Below, one piece after another: positions 53,671 through 55,034 of a DNA stretch of 55,034 bases. This DNA is from Clostridiaceae bacterium. GTDB taxonomy: Bacteria; Bacillota; Clostridia; Oscillospirales; Acutalibacteraceae. Numbering within the stretch: the stretch's first letter is position 1; every line of letters starts with the position of its first letter. Location: NCBI GenBank assembly GCA_016290665.1, contig JAEEUW010000001.1, positions 1-55,034 on the forward strand. Reading direction: 5' to 3'. The position numbers and the translations under genes were made by a program. Under the pieces are notes generated by a model. It was not told where the DNA came from. It ran no database searches and worked only from the letters and a program-made list of their open reading frames with translations.

Positions 53671-55034
53671 ATGATGAAAAAGGCAGTGAAGTATTCCATC
53701 CTCGGCGCTTCCGGCGCGCTTGCCGCAATCAACGCGGTCCGGGCTGCCGCGTTCAAACCGGAAAAGAAAGACCTGTGCGCGTTGCCCGCCGAAACCGTTG
53801 ACGTTGAAAAAGCGTGCGCACATTTAAGCGAAGCAATTTCCATCCCCACCGTCAGCTATCCCGAAAAAGAAAAAGTGGATTTTTCCCAGTTTGACAGATT
53901 TCACGCTTTCCTTGACGAAGCGTTTCCGCTGGTGCATGAACGGCTGGAGAAGGAAATCATCGAGGAAGCAAACCTGATTTATCGCTGGAAGGGCAAACGA
54001 AGCGACCTGGACCCGATCGCGCTGCTTTCGCATCAGGATGTGGTGCCGATCTCGGAAGGCACCGAAAACGACTGGACACACGCACCCTTCAGCGGGTTCA
54101 ATGACGGCGAGTTCATCTGGGGCCGCGGCGCCGTTGATATGAAAAACCATCTGATCGCTGTGATGGAAGCGGTTGAAGCGCTGCTTGCCGAAGGCTTTGC
54201 ACCGGAACGGGACGTTTATCTGCTTTTCGGTCAGGACGAAGAAGTCTCCATGAGCGAAACCGGCGGCGCAAAAGCGATCATGGAAACGCTGAAGGCAAGG
54301 GGGATCCATCTGGATTCCATCATAGATGAAGGCGGCGCCATGCTCCCCGTAAACATGAAAGGGGTCATCCGTCAGAAATGTCTGTGCGGCGTCGGCGTTG
54401 CCGAAAAAGGCTACGCTGATATTGAAATCAGCCTCAGCGCAAAGGGCGGTCATTCTTCCCAGCCGCCGAAGCACTCTGCAGTCGTCATGCTTGCAGACGT
54501 CATCAAGGATCTTGACCGCCATCAGTTCAAGGCGGAAATCAGGCCCCACCTGATGGATATGCTTCAGAACGTCGGCCGGAACGCCACCTATCCCGTTCGG
54601 CTTCTCGCCTGCAACCTTCCGGCACTGAAGCCGCTGATGAAGGCCGCCATGAAGCAGATCCCGCTCGCGGCAAGCATGATGCGAACAACCACAGGCATCA
54701 CCATGGTGTCGGGCAGCCCGGCGGCAAACGTGCTTCCGCAGAAAGCGTCCGTCACAGTCAATTTCCGTATGATGCCGGGTGTGTCAACCGAAGATGTGGT
54801 CCGTCATATCCGAACGTGTGTGAAAAACAAGGAGATTGAAATCAACTGCCTGAAGAAAAAAGAGGCGTCCGCCGTCTCTCCCACGGATGCAAAGGCCTAT
54901 CGGATCATTGAAGAGCTCTGTCGGCAGGAAAGCGGCGACAATATCGTTGCGCCGATGCTTGTGATCGCCGGAACCGACGCCTGCACCTATGAGCCCGTTT
55001 GTGAAAACATCTACAGGTTCTCTCCGTTCCGGAT
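53671..55034 (+). CDS. M20-family metallopeptidase/carboxypeptidase (3'-truncated by window end)
   Basis: Open frame from ATG 53671 to the window end (454 codons, absent from the ORF track because it has no stop). N-terminal anchor. Motifs SHQDVVP, GRGAVDMK and FGQDEE. Confidence 0.85.
   Translation, partial: MMKKAVKYSILGASGALAAINAVRAAAFKPEKKDLCALPAETVDVEKACAHLSEAISIPTVSYPEKEKVDFSQFDRFHAFLDEAFPLVHERLEKEIIEEANLIYRWKGKRSDLDPIALLSHQDVVPISEGTENDWTHAPFSGFNDGEFIWGRGAVDMKNHLIAVMEAVEALLAEGFAPERDVYLLFGQDEEVSMSETGGAKAIMETLKARGIHLDSIIDEGGAMLPVNMKGVIRQKCLCGVGVAEKGYADIEISLSAKGGHSSQPPKHSAVVMLADVIKDLDRHQFKAEIRPHLMDMLQNVGRNATYPVRLLACNLPALKPLMKAAMKQIPLAASMMRTTTGITMVSGSPAANVLPQKASVTVNFRMMPGVSTEDVVRHIRTCVKNKEIEINCLKKKEASAVSPTDAKAYRIIEELCRQESGDNIVAPMLVIAGTDACTYEPVCENIYRFSPFR

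Noticed and set aside
53824-54549. 241-aa minus-strand ORF
   Set aside because: It is antisense to the open-ended M20 peptidase frame, which carries HQDVVP, GRGAVDMK and GQDEE motifs. It has no motifs of its own.

Overview
This 55,034-bp window comes from a high-GC (roughly 60%), Gram-positive, Clostridia-like chromosome. Supporting signs are AGGAGG-type Shine-Dalgarno sites, NifS/NifU Fe-S genes, the LL-DAP aminotransferase lysine route and a glycyl-radical enzyme. I call 47 protein-coding genes (one truncated by the window end) and find no rRNA, tRNA, CRISPR, transposase or integrase. Layout: (i) 0.1-1.4 kb, two GNAT acetyltransferases, the first AT-rich. (ii) 1.5-6.0 kb, sulfur/Fe-S cluster cysK-metY-nifU-nifS with a divergent Rrf2 regulator. 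(iii) 6.1-25.0 kb, a 19-kb, 12-gene minus-strand array. It mixes GH38, two GH3, GH63-like and WbsX-like glycosidases with six to seven phosphoesterases of four folds and an FGGY kinase, and has no transporter or regulator. (iv) 25.2-28.0 kb, envelope genes (lipoprotein, DUF218, VanY-like). (v) 28.1-33.6 kb, two Gfo/Idh/MocA oxidoreductases bracketing four xylose-isomerase-like TIM-barrel paralogues. (vi) 33.9-44.7 kb, nitrogen block: glnA plus an ANTAR pseudo-receiver regulator, divergent gdhA, then sORF-asnB-guaA-pyrG-dapF-dapL. (vii) 44.8-47.1 kb, a lower-GC islet flanked by 37-nt direct repeats (Prok-RING zinc-ribbon pair, GDPD). (viii) 47.1-52.1 kb, an operon of GntR, glycyl-radical enzyme, activase and an unknown protein. 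(ix) 52.5-55.0 kb, an Ntn (C45-like) amidohydrolase and an M20 peptidase. Three things stand out. First, an identical 23-bp tandem direct repeat sits in the same register over the two extended -10 promoters that head blocks iii and v. This implies one undescribed regulon coupling phosphodiesterases, glycosidases and an oxidoreductase/TIM-barrel (keto-sugar or inositol-type) module. Second, there is an uncharacterised glycyl-radical enzyme system with a divergent RITGYN glycyl motif. Third, glnA and gdhA carry terminator/antiterminator-type leaders. Many long ORFs in the supplied track are antisense shadow ORFs of GC-rich DNA and were rejected. Functional calls rest on motif recognition by eye, with no database search. 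Non-coding coordinates were derived by hand and may be off by 1-2 nt.
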